The notes beneath the pieces are model-generated. The model was not told where the DNA came from, did no database searches, and worked only from the letters and a program-made list of their open reading frames with translations. 64,000 bases of DNA from a virus. The DNA lies in the IMG/VR virus record IMGVR_UViG_3300046171_000197. One strand, written 5' to 3'. A program made the position numbers and the translations under genes. Below, one piece after another: positions 32,051-41,072 of the stretch (its first letter is position 1; every line of letters starts with the position of its first letter).

Positions 32051-32410
32051 ATGATTAAATCAACAATCGCTGCAGTAGCAGCATCTCCATTCCTATTCGC
32101 AGGTGCAGCATTTGCTGGTCCATACGTTAATTTGGAAGCAACTGGTTCATACCCTGATGGCACCTACACATCTGGTGGACTAGAAGCAGTAGTTGGATAC
32201 GAAGGAGCAACAGAAGGAGGAATCGGTTGGTACGTTTCTGGTGGTCCTACAGTTACTCATACAGAATCTTCTGATGAGTTCGGTGATGTAGAATTCATTG
32301 GATACCTTGGTGGTTCTTATGATAAGTTCTACGGAGAAATCTCTGGTGTAACAACTCCTAGTGACGATATTGACTTCTCTGCTAAAGCAGGTGTTAAGTT
32401 CGTTTTCTAA
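32051..32410 (+). CDS. Small outer-membrane beta-barrel/porin-like protein
   Basis: Signal peptide ending AFA, amphipathic beta strands, C-terminal GVKFVF. Confidence 0.75.
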   Translation: MIKSTIAAVAASPFLFAGAAFAGPYVNLEATGSYPDGTYTSGGLEAVVGYEGATEGGIGWYVSGGPTVTHTESSDEFGDVEFIGYLGGSYDKFYGEISGVTTPSDDIDFSAKAGVKFVF

Positions 32411-32430
32411 GTTAAAGTAACGACTTATAC

Positions 32431-32460
32431 AAGACCTCTACATAGTAGGGGTCTTTTTTT
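32431..32460 (+). terminator. Rho-independent terminator
   Basis: AAGACCTCTAC-ATA-GTAGGGGTCTT followed by a T-run. Confidence 0.85.
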
Positions 32461-32638
32461 ATATAATGAATCTACTCAAGCATCCGTTGTTTCAGATCAA
32501 TATGATATTGGTTTGTGCTCTTGTGTTCATAGAGTTATTACACGTTAATTATCACAGAACAGCACCACCTTGTCCCTGTGCAGCAAATAGAAATGGAAGA
32601 TGATTGGTGATATATAGTTGTGATATCATAACAATTAA

Positions 32639-32794
32639 ATGAATCGCAAAGCAAAATCAATATTAAAGATAGTAGTCCCAGTTGCCATTATGGTTCAACT
32701 GGCTGCTATCATTTTTTTGTTGAGCAAAGAGAAGGCATTTAATTGTAGATTGTATGATAAAGGCGCAATAGCTTGTAGACAAATAAAATTGTAA
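32639..32794 (+). CDS. Small membrane protein (MNRKAKSILK...)
   Basis: 51-aa ORF read by eye with one TM helix; TAATG-coupled downstream. Confidence 0.5.
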   Translation: MNRKAKSILKIVVPVAIMVQLAAIIFLLSKEKAFNCRLYDKGAIACRQIKL

Positions 32795-33051
32795 TGGAAC
32801 CAATTAGAATAAGATGCCGCTCCTGTGGAAAGGAGGTAATAGGTGTGTCTGGTAAATCAGTATGTTGTGGTTGCTCAAACATGACAACAGTTTATAATGA
32901 TCGTATATCCGCAAAGAATATGGATAAGGTTATTATGTTGAGTAACTATTCAAATCCTAAATCAAAGAGTCTCTTTACTGGAGATGAATTAGAATGGCAA
33001 GAGAAAAGAAACCAACGCAGAGTCCGTAAATTAGACTTTGAAGTCAGGTAG
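32794..33051 (+). CDS. Small Cys-rich (Zn-binding) protein
   Basis: CRSC...CCGC. Confidence 0.7.
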   Translation: MEPIRIRCRSCGKEVIGVSGKSVCCGCSNMTTVYNDRISAKNMDKVIMLSNYSNPKSKSLFTGDELEWQEKRNQRRVRKLDFEVR

Positions 33052-33075
33052 TATAAATAATAAAAAAGTATATTA

Positions 33076-34063
33076 ATGGCTAGTAATCTTCGAGTAGATA
33101 GTATAGTTCCAGCAACGGGTAGTAGTGTTTCAATCGGAACAGCAACTGGTGGTGTTAATATACCTGGCGTATTGACATATGAAGATGTAACGAATGTAGA
33201 TTCAGTCGGTGTTATAACAGCAAGAAGTGGAATAAGAATAGGAGCAACGGGTGCGAATTCAATAATCAATGGAAATGCTGATGGAATAGGAATCAATACT
33301 GCTGCAAGCGAGTAGTTTGGGACTCGAAATAGCATCACCATTTAATGATATTGCAAGGATAACTGGTCCTAATTCTGGTAATATTACTTTTAGAAATGCC
33401 ACTGCGAATGAGGTGATATTACATACTGGTAATTCAGATGCCTTAATATTTGGAACTAATGGAAATAATGAGAGGATTCGTATTGGTACTGCAGGTCAAA
33501 TCGGTATTGCTGGTGCAAACTATGGAACATCGGGTCAAGTATTAACAAGTCAAGGTGCAAGTTCAGCAGTTGCATGGAGCACTATCAGTGCAGGAACAGA
33601 AGTATATGATACTTGGATATATACTGCTGAAACAAATGTCTACGCAGTTGGTAATTATTTAACATCAAACTGGTCACGATTTGGTGATAATATTGGATCA
33701 GCAATAACACAAAGTTCTGGTGTATTTTCATTCCCATCAACAGGATACTATCAAGTGACATTCACTTGCAATTTCTTTGAGAGAAATGGTCCTGATAACA
33801 TCTGCTACATTTATATACAGACAACAACTGATAATAATGCATCTGCTTATGTCACTAGGGCTGCATCTCTTGAAAATATAACAGACAGAACTGGAGATAC
33901 TTATGCCACTTGTCATGCTCATATTCTATTTGATGTCACGAACACGACTACCCATAAAGTAAGATTTTTCTGTGGATCTGATGATAGTGGTGATGTAAGA
34001 ATTGCTGGTGCATCAAGTTATCAGTCAGTTTATGCAACCTTCCAAAAAATGGCTAACACCTAA
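33076..34063 (+). CDS. Tail fibre-like protein; apparent +1 frameshift near 33310
   Basis: TATAAATA at 33052; LTYEDVTNVDSVGVITAR, ERIRI..G.IGI, GQVLTSQG; C-terminal FSFPSTGYY beta domain. Confidence 0.8.
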
Positions 34064-34082
34064 TTATAAATAATTAAAAAGA

Positions 34083-35384
34083 ATGAGTATACTGAACGTC
34101 AATAAAATTAATCCAGTCGGTGGTGGTTCTACAATAACCATTGCTGGAATTGCGAGTGTCACTGGTAATGTTACTGCTCCGAGTTTTGTGGGTGCTGTCA
34201 CTGGTAATGTCACTGGTAATGCTGACACTGCATCAGGTTTAAGTGGCAACCCTTCAATTAATACTACTGGTATCGTTACTGCGACTTCTTTTGTACCAAC
34301 AGTTGGACAACTCTCTCATCGAAATCTTGTAATTAATGGAGCAATGACCATAGCGGAACGTGGTACGTCATCTACATCTTCTGGTTATTATACTGTTGAT
34401 AGGTTTAAAGTTATTAATACTGGCACAGATGAATCTCCTACACAAGCACAAGTTGATGTTGCAAGTGGAACTACACCTTTTAGTTTAGGATTTAGAAAAG
34501 CATATAAAATTACAAACGGAAACCAAACAAGTGGTGCTGGTGCTGGTGATTTTATTTGGATTCAAACCATTATAGAAGCACAAGATATAGCTAACTCAGG
34601 TTGGAATTATACTTCTAGTTCAAGTTATGTGACTTTATCATTCTGGGTAAAATCAAGTGTTGCACAAGAATTTAAGTTTTATGTAAGAACACAAGATGGT
34701 TCAAATAAAGCTTATGCCATGACTACTGGTTCTTTATCTGCTGATACTTGGACTAAAATAACAAAAGCAATTCCAGGTCAGTCTGATTTACAATTTGATA
34801 ATAATAATGGTGCTGGATTTGAAATTAATGTTTTACCATTTATGGGAACAGATAGAACTGCAAATTCTGTTGCAGAAAATGAATGGCAAGGTTGGAATAC
34901 TAGCGAAAGAATGAAAGATTTTACCTCAACATGGTACACAACAAATGATGCGACATTTGAATATACAGGAGTTCAATTAGAAGTTGGTCCTGTAGCGACC
35001 CCGTTCGAGCACCGCAGCTTCGCAGATGAACTTAGACGTTGCCAGAGATACTATTATAAGAGTAGTAGATGGATGGGAGGTGCAAGAGGATCTTCAACAT
35101 CTAGAAGTTTTGTAACAGATTTTGGAATGAGATTAACAGGAAGTGCTGTTAGTGGAGGAACATATACAAATACTGCTACTAGTGGTGGGGATGTTGTGTA
35201 TATAGGAAGTAGTGCTACAAGACAAGCTTCTGATGTGACTGCAAATTCACTAGGTGCTAGTTCAACATCATCTAATGGTAGTCTGCAACTCGGAGTTACA
35301 GTAGGATATGGAATAGGATCAGGTGATAATGGAATTGTCACAGGTCTTTATATTAATGGTTTTACTATAGATCACGAACTTTAA
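34083..35384 (+). CDS. Tail fibre-like protein, RNLxING...GVQLEVG family, copy 1
   Basis: TATAAATA at 34065; VTGN repeats; GVQLEVGPVATPFEHR...CQRYY. Confidence 0.85.
   Translation: MSILNVNKINPVGGGSTITIAGIASVTGNVTAPSFVGAVTGNVTGNADTASGLSGNPSINTTGIVTATSFVPTVGQLSHRNLVINGAMTIAERGTSSTSSGYYTVDRFKVINTGTDESPTQAQVDVASGTTPFSLGFRKAYKITNGNQTSGAGAGDFIWIQTIIEAQDIANSGWNYTSSSSYVTLSFWVKSSVAQEFKFYVRTQDGSNKAYAMTTGSLSADTWTKITKAIPGQSDLQFDNNNGAGFEINVLPFMGTDRTANSVAENEWQGWNTSERMKDFTSTWYTTNDATFEYTGVQLEVGPVATPFEHRSFADELRRCQRYYYKSSRWMGGARGSSTSRSFVTDFGMRLTGSAVSGGTYTNTATSGGDVVYIGSSATRQASDVTANSLGASSTSSNGSLQLGVTVGYGIGSGDNGIVTGLYINGFTIDHEL
34965..35050 (+). repeat. Fibre junction cassette, copy 1
   Basis: 82/86 nt identical to 36969..37054; core GTAGCGACCCCGTTCGAGCA. 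Confidence 0.9.
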
Positions 35385-35388
35385 AATT

Positions 35389-35575
35389 ATGAACATTACA
35401 AACGTAGAAAAATTTAAAATGTATCATCCTGATGGAACTGAGGATACTGCGATTACTTGGGTAAGAATAACATCATCTGATGGTGATAGTTGTGCGACTG
35501 GATATCCAAATGGAAGATGTGACACTGAGGTGAAAGCATGGGTTGACGCTGGTAATACAATTAGCAGAACTATAA
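35389..35575 (+). CDS. Small fibre-associated chaperone-like protein (fused to the next gene in the ORF track by an apparent +1 error)
   Basis: AWVDAGNTI resembles AWVSEGNTP of 37388; the corrected stop lies inside TATAAATA at 35571. Confidence 0.55.
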
Positions 35576-35583
35576 ATAAAACT

Positions 35584-35824
35584 ATGTCAACACTTAGAGC
35601 CAACATCATTGATTCTCACTCCACTTCAACGGAGTTTAAAGAAACCATTACTGCAAATGGTGATAATCAGTGGTTAGATACTTATGGTGTAATCAAAGCA
35701 AATCGTGATACGATTGCTGAAAGTATTACCATTACCTTCTGGAACGAATGGTCTTTCATCAGGACCAGTAACGATTGCAGATGGACATACGATTACAGTC
35801 AATGGTGAGTGGGCAATCGTATGA
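35584..35824 (+). CDS. Small fibre adaptor protein A; apparent +1 frameshift near 35734
   Basis: Corrected sequence MSTLRANII...ITIPSGTNGLSSGPVTIADGHTITVNGEWAIV; paralogue of the next gene. Confidence 0.7.
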
Positions 35825-36066
35825 CAAAAATAGTTGTCAATACAATACGTTCACAGACAGGAGTTACTTCTGTCACCTTTCACGATACAGTCACTGCAAA
35901 TGGTAAGAAGCAATGGTTAGATCGTTTTGGAATTATCAAAGCAAACAGCACAGAAATTAATGAAAATGTTACTATCCCATCAGGAACAAACGGACTCACT
36001 GTTGGCACTGTCAAAGTGGGTGCAGGATATTCTGTCACAGTTCAGGGTAACTGGAGGGTAGTATGA
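35821..36066 (+). CDS. Small fibre adaptor protein B
   Basis: MTKIVVNTI...VTIPSGTNGLTVGTVKVGAGYSVTVQGNWRVV; ATGA overlaps at both ends. Confidence 0.75.
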   Translation: MTKIVVNTIRSQTGVTSVTFHDTVTANGKKQWLDRFGIIKANSTEINENVTIPSGTNGLTVGTVKVGAGYSVTVQGNWRVV

Positions 36067-37382
36067 CAAGTAAGATAGTTGTTAATAATATAGAACCAGA
36101 TGCAGGTATAAGCACAGTTTCAATTCTTGGAATCGCAACTGCAACAAAATTTATTGGTGATATTGAGGGTGGTGTTACTGGTAATGTTACTGGTAATGTA
36201 ACTGGTTCATCTGGATCTTGTACTGGTAATGCAGCAACAGCAACTGTTGCGTCTGGTATCACAACTACAGCATCAGTAAACACTTCAGGTATTGTTACTG
36301 CGACTTCTTTTGTTGGATCAACACCACTTTCTCATCGTAATGTCATAATTAATGGAGCAGCAATGGTGGCTCAACGTGGTGATACAACAAGTGGAGCAAC
36401 AACTGGTGGTTATGCAACTGATAGATTTCAGGCAGTTCAAAACGAAACAGGAACCATAACTATTTCACAAGACTCTGATGCACCTTCTGGATTTAGAAAG
36501 TGTCATAGATTAACACAAACAACAGCACAAGGTTCTTTAGCTGCTAATGATTTAACTACATTTAGATATAATGCAGAGGGTTATGATGTGCAAAGATTTA
36601 AAAAGGGAACTTCCGATGCAGAACAATTTACAGTTTCATTTTGGGTTAAAAGTGTAGATCAGAGTTCTTATCCTGTAACATATATTCTTGAACTTAGAGA
36701 TCCTGTTAATACTCGATCTTGTTGTAAATCTTATACTGTAACTGCTTCTAACACTTGGGAATATAAAACAATTACTTTCCCTGCCGACACAACGGGTCAG
36801 TGGGCTACCGATACTTCAAAAGCATTGGAAATGAATTGGTTTGTAGCAGCAGGAAGTAATTATACTTCTGGAACTCTATCAACCACTTGGGCTGGAACTG
36901 TTACTGCAAATAGAGCACCAGGATTAACTGCTAATCTCTCAGCAAACACAGCAAATCGTTTCTTTTTGACAGGAGTTCAATTAGAAGTTGGTCCCGTAGC
37001 GACCCCGTTCGAGCACCGCAGTTTTGGAGATGAACTTAGACGTTGCCAGAGATATTATCAAAGGTGGAAAGGACATAGTGATCATAACGGAATAGGTGCT
37101 GGTCGTGGTAATGGCAGTAGTGGTGTTTTTGTAAGTGTAAATTTAATGCAATGTCTAAGGGCTACACCATCTATTACCAATTCTGGTATTGTTGTTTTTA
37201 AAGCAGGAGCTTCATCAACTTCAACTTCTAATACACCTTCTTTAACAAATGGAAGTGCTTTTGATTCTACTAGCTGTATCTTTCCGATGAATATTACAGG
37301 ATTAAGTGGAATAACTAATAACTATGGAGGATATACTGTTTTTCTCAGTTCCTCTGACCTACGATTAGATGCGGAGTTTTAA
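36063..37382 (+). CDS. Tail fibre-like protein, RNLxING...GVQLEVG family, copy 2
   Basis: Same motif skeleton as 34083..35384 with a different C-terminal domain. Confidence 0.85.
   Translation: MTSKIVVNNIEPDAGISTVSILGIATATKFIGDIEGGVTGNVTGNVTGSSGSCTGNAATATVASGITTTASVNTSGIVTATSFVGSTPLSHRNVIINGAAMVAQRGDTTSGATTGGYATDRFQAVQNETGTITISQDSDAPSGFRKCHRLTQTTAQGSLAANDLTTFRYNAEGYDVQRFKKGTSDAEQFTVSFWVKSVDQSSYPVTYILELRDPVNTRSCCKSYTVTASNTWEYKTITFPADTTGQWATDTSKALEMNWFVAAGSNYTSGTLSTTWAGTVTANRAPGLTANLSANTANRFFLTGVQLEVGPVATPFEHRSFGDELRRCQRYYQRWKGHSDHNGIGAGRGNGSSGVFVSVNLMQCLRATPSITNSGIVVFKAGASSTSTSNTPSLTNGSAFDSTSCIFPMNITGLSGITNNYGGYTVFLSSSDLRLDAEF
36969..37054 (+). repeat. Fibre junction cassette, copy 2
   Basis: See copy 1; core at 36996-37015. 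Confidence 0.9.
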
Positions 37383-37387
37383 TTACT

Positions 37388-37570
37388 ATGGCTAAATATA
37401 AACTAAGAAACAATTCAATATATGATGCTTCTGGAAACGTAGCTTCAGTATATGAGGATATTTTAGATACTGAAACTAAAACAGCTATCCCAAAAACTAC
37501 AGATAATAGGCATTACAACGAGTACCTAGCTTGGGTATCTGAGGGAAATACTCCAGATCCAGCCGACTAA
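37388..37570 (+). CDS. Small tail-fibre assembly/chaperone-like protein
   Basis: IP..DNRHY.EYLAWVSEGNTP.PAD; directly after a fibre gene. Confidence 0.7.
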   Translation: MAKYKLRNNSIYDASGNVASVYEDILDTETKTAIPKTTDNRHYNEYLAWVSEGNTPDPAD

Positions 37571-37578
37571 ATAACTAA

Positions 37579-37920
37579 ATGGCACTAACAAGAGCAACCG
37601 ATAAGATAATTGCAAATGCTGATGGGAATCTAAACCTATCAGGAATTGTTACTGCGACTAAATTTGTTGGTGATGGTTCACAACTATCAGGAGTGTCTGG
37701 TTTAGGAACTGCATTAAGTAATGTCTCTACAAATCCATTAAATAAATTATACTATGTAAATAGTATTTTGAGTATTGATAGTAGCACAATTATTGATCCA
37801 CCATCAACTGCTGTTGCTGTTTATACAAACTATTCAGAAATAAGAATCGAAGAAAGTATTGATTTAACAATCGAATCAGGTGATCTAGTCCCTGATGTTC
37901 TCGACTTGTTTGTCTCATAA
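37579..37920 (+). CDS. Fibre adaptor-like protein
   Basis: GIVTATKFVGDGS repeat; C-terminal domain homologous to an internal part of 41073..43001. Confidence 0.7.
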   Translation: MALTRATDKIIANADGNLNLSGIVTATKFVGDGSQLSGVSGLGTALSNVSTNPLNKLYYVNSILSIDSSTIIDPPSTAVAVYTNYSEIRIEESIDLTIESGDLVPDVLDLFVS

Positions 37921-37939
37921 ATAACTAAAAATATAAACC

Positions 37940-38638
37940 ATGTCAAGATTAAGGGCAAATCAAATAACAAATAAGACCGCAAACGGTGCTCCTACTGCGA
38001 CCAATGGTTTAATAGTAACTGGTGTTTGTACCGCAACAAGTTTTGTAGGAAGTGGTACTGCTTTAACTGGAATTGACGCAGCCACATTAAAATTTGGTGG
38101 TGCTACAAAAGCACAAGCAGTTTCAGGTGGTGTAAATATTACTGGTGATGTAAGTATAAGTGGTGCTTTAGGTGTTGCAGGAGTTTTAACATATGAAGAT
38201 GTAACTAATGTAGACTCAATCGGTGTTATAACTGCAAGAGATGGTTTACGTGTTACTGGAATCGCAACCGCAACTGCGTTTCATGGTGATGGATCTTCTT
38301 TAACGGGCATTTCAGTTGGTATTGCAACAGAAGCATCAACAGCTACGGATGGAACCACAGTTGTATTAGATTTATCAAAAGATGATCATAAAGTTTTAGC
38401 AGCAGGTGTTGTCACGATTGATGTAACAGGTGGAACAGAGGCAGATAGTCACACAATCAGAATTGAAAATACTGGTATTGCAACAGTTGGTTTTGCGACT
38501 CATTTTCAATTCCCATCAGGTGGTACACCAAATTTACCAACAGCAAGTGGATCAATAAGTTTAATATCATTCACTGTTCATAAAGTAGGAGCATCAGGAA
38601 CGACACTTCTTGCAGGTGCGTCAGTAAACTTTAGTTAA
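37940..38638 (+). CDS. Tail fibre-like protein
   Basis: MSRLRAN start, LTYEDVTN motif, C-terminal FPSGGTP domain. Confidence 0.78.
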   Translation: MSRLRANQITNKTANGAPTATNGLIVTGVCTATSFVGSGTALTGIDAATLKFGGATKAQAVSGGVNITGDVSISGALGVAGVLTYEDVTNVDSIGVITARDGLRVTGIATATAFHGDGSSLTGISVGIATEASTATDGTTVVLDLSKDDHKVLAAGVVTIDVTGGTEADSHTIRIENTGIATVGFATHFQFPSGGTPNLPTASGSISLISFTVHKVGASGTTLLAGASVNFS

Positions 38639-38647
38639 GGATAGATA

Positions 38648-41065
38648 ATGGCAAGACCTTTTTTAAGTCATCCAATCACTGATGATAGTGCATTAGGTGG
38701 TGCAGTAATAGAAAATAGTTTAAAGTTCAGAGGAGCAACCGATCAAAGATTAGAAAGAACACTTTCTTCAACAAGTTCTTCGTACACCGTTTCAATGTGG
38801 TTTAAAGGCACTCCTGTCACAACAAATTTTTCAAGAACTCTTTTTTCTTTAGGTCCAGCAAATAATACAAACGCCGCTGGAGTAACAATTAATACTAATG
38901 ATGGTCTGACTTTTAATGGAGGTAATGGGACTTCTACTATAGTTAATACTGATAGATCACTTAGAGATACGTCAGCATGGTATAATTTTATCTATTCTGT
39001 TAATAGTAATAATTTCACAGCATATATTAATGGAGTGTCCCTACAGACAGGTACAGTAAGATCATTAGATACCACTTCTAATGGTTTTAGATTAGGAGGA
39101 TGGTGGGGTGGTTATGATCTTTTTCAAGGTTACATAGCAGATTTTTATTTAATAGATGGATTAGCCTTAACACCTTCAAATTTTGGATATACTGAATTTC
39201 AGACAGAAATATGGAGACCAAAAAAATATACAGGAAGTTTTGGAACAAGTGGAGCACACCTACTATTTAACGATGATTCTGGAACGACTGCAACAACTAT
39301 GGGCAAAGACTCATCTGGTAATGGCAACAACTTCACACCTTTAAATAATTTTGCAACAAGTGATGTTGTAAAAGATAATCCCACAAATAATTATCCGACA
39401 TTAAATCCATTAGATATGGGTGCAACTAATACAAGTCATCTTGCTTTTAGTAATGGTAATTTACAAGTAAAAGCTGCAAGTAGTGTTTGGGCATCAACAA
39501 GAGCGACTTTTGCAGTATCAAGTGGTAAATGGTATTGGGAAGTAAAAATATTAAATGCAGATAATTTAAGACCTTTTATTGGAGTAATACAAAGTGATGT
39601 AAGACTTGCCAGTAACCAAACTGAAACAAGTAACGAGCTTGGTTCATCATCAACTGGTATAGCTTATTGGATTGGTAATCCCATTATTAGAGGTGGTGCT
39701 AATACATCTGGTAGTAATACAAATGTCCCTACCAGTACTAATAATGATATTGTTGGTGTTGCTTTAGATATGGATAATAAAAAAGTATATTTCTCTAAAA
39801 ACGGAACTTTTTTTGCAAGCCAAGATCCAGCTAATAACGCAGGAGAAATAATTGCATTTTCAACAAGTATGCAGAATGCAGCAATTGCACCAGCAATTCA
39901 AGCCTATAATAATTCAGATGAAGGTGCATTTAATTTTGGACAAAGACCGTTTAGTTATACTCCACCAACAGGATATAGAAAGTTAAATTCAAATAATTTA
40001 CCTCCAACCGTTTCATCAATTACAAGTCCACAAAAACATTTTAAATGTGTGATTTGGACAGGTAATACCTCTACTAGTAGGGATATTACAGGTGTTGGAT
40101 TTGCACCAGATTTAGTATCAATAAAGGCAAGAGTAAACACTTATGAATTTTTGTGGTTTGATACAGTGAGAGGTGCTGGGAAAAGACTATTCAGTCATAC
40201 TACTGCTGCTGAAAGTGATAATAATGGTACACTCAATGGTTTTATTTCAGATGGTTTTAGGTTAGGTAATGGATCTAGTGTTGATTTAAGTGTAAATGGC
40301 AGTGCTTCAAGCACTTATGTCGCTTGGTGTTGGAAAGCAGGTGGTGCTGCAGTATCAAACAGTGATGGAAGTGTGACATCACAAGTATCTGCAAATCAAG
40401 AGGCTGGATTTTCCATTGTCACATATAATGGATCAAATGATTCAACAGTTACTTTTGGACATGGCCTAGATTCTGCTCCTGAATTAGTTTGGATAAAAAG
40501 ACGAAATAATGGAAATGGTTGGCGAGTTTATCATCATAGTGTTGGTTTAGGGAAATATTTAAGTGTAAGTAATAATAGTGCAACAACTACTTCATCTGAG
40601 GATTTTGCGAGTGTAAGTGCCACGACTTTTGGTGTAAAAGGTGGATATAATCCAGTTAGTATAAATGGTGGAACTTATGTTGCATATTGTTGGCATTCTG
40701 TGCCAGGATATTCAAAAATTGGCAGTTTCACAGGCAACGGAAATGCAAATGCACCTTTTGTGTATACTGGGTTTAGACCAGCTTACATACTTTTTAAAAA
40801 CTCATCTACGACAACAAACTGGGAAGTTTATGATACTACAAGACCTTATGGAGTATATAATCCTGCCTTACGACCTTTATATGCAAATAGAAATTATGTT
40901 GAAGAAACTCATACGTCATTACCAGCTTTAGATATTTTAAGTAATGGATTTAAACCTAGAAGCACATGGGATGAATTTAATAAAAATAATGATACTATAC
41001 TTTATATGGCATTTGCAGAGCAACCAGGCACCACTCCTTATGACACTCAGACCAACGCAAGATAA
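38648..41065 (+). CDS. Tail-associated protein with LamG/ConA-like and SPRY-like domains
   Basis: RDTSAWY, DSSGNGN, SSGKWYWE, GVALDMDN, NFGQRPF, YVAWCWKAG, GFRPA. Confidence 0.8.
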   Translation: MARPFLSHPITDDSALGGAVIENSLKFRGATDQRLERTLSSTSSSYTVSMWFKGTPVTTNFSRTLFSLGPANNTNAAGVTINTNDGLTFNGGNGTSTIVNTDRSLRDTSAWYNFIYSVNSNNFTAYINGVSLQTGTVRSLDTTSNGFRLGGWWGGYDLFQGYIADFYLIDGLALTPSNFGYTEFQTEIWRPKKYTGSFGTSGAHLLFNDDSGTTATTMGKDSSGNGNNFTPLNNFATSDVVKDNPTNNYPTLNPLDMGATNTSHLAFSNGNLQVKAASSVWASTRATFAVSSGKWYWEVKILNADNLRPFIGVIQSDVRLASNQTETSNELGSSSTGIAYWIGNPIIRGGANTSGSNTNVPTSTNNDIVGVALDMDNKKVYFSKNGTFFASQDPANNAGEIIAFSTSMQNAAIAPAIQAYNNSDEGAFNFGQRPFSYTPPTGYRKLNSNNLPPTVSSITSPQKHFKCVIWTGNTSTSRDITGVGFAPDLVSIKARVNTYEFLWFDTVRGAGKRLFSHTTAAESDNNGTLNGFISDGFRLGNGSSVDLSVNGSASSTYVAWCWKAGGAAVSNSDGSVTSQVSANQEAGFSIVTYNGSNDSTVTFGHGLDSAPELVWIKRRNNGNGWRVYHHSVGLGKYLSVSNNSATTTSSEDFASVSATTFGVKGGYNPVSINGGTYVAYCWHSVPGYSKIGSFTGNGNANAPFVYTGFRPAYILFKNSSTTTNWEVYDTTRPYGVYNPALRPLYANRNYVEETHTSLPALDILSNGFKPRSTWDEFNKNNDTILYMAFAEQPGTTPYDTQTNAR

Positions 41066-41072
41066 ATAAAGT

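Noticed and set aside
35389-35808. 139-aa ORF as a single gene
   Set aside because: It is a chimera of two genes caused by apparent indels; an internal TATAAATA and ATG at 35584 mark the second gene.
34157-36206. 12-nt tandem repeats (GTCACTGGTAAT / GTTACTGGTAAT)
   Set aside because: They encode ordinary VTGN fibre-shaft repeats.
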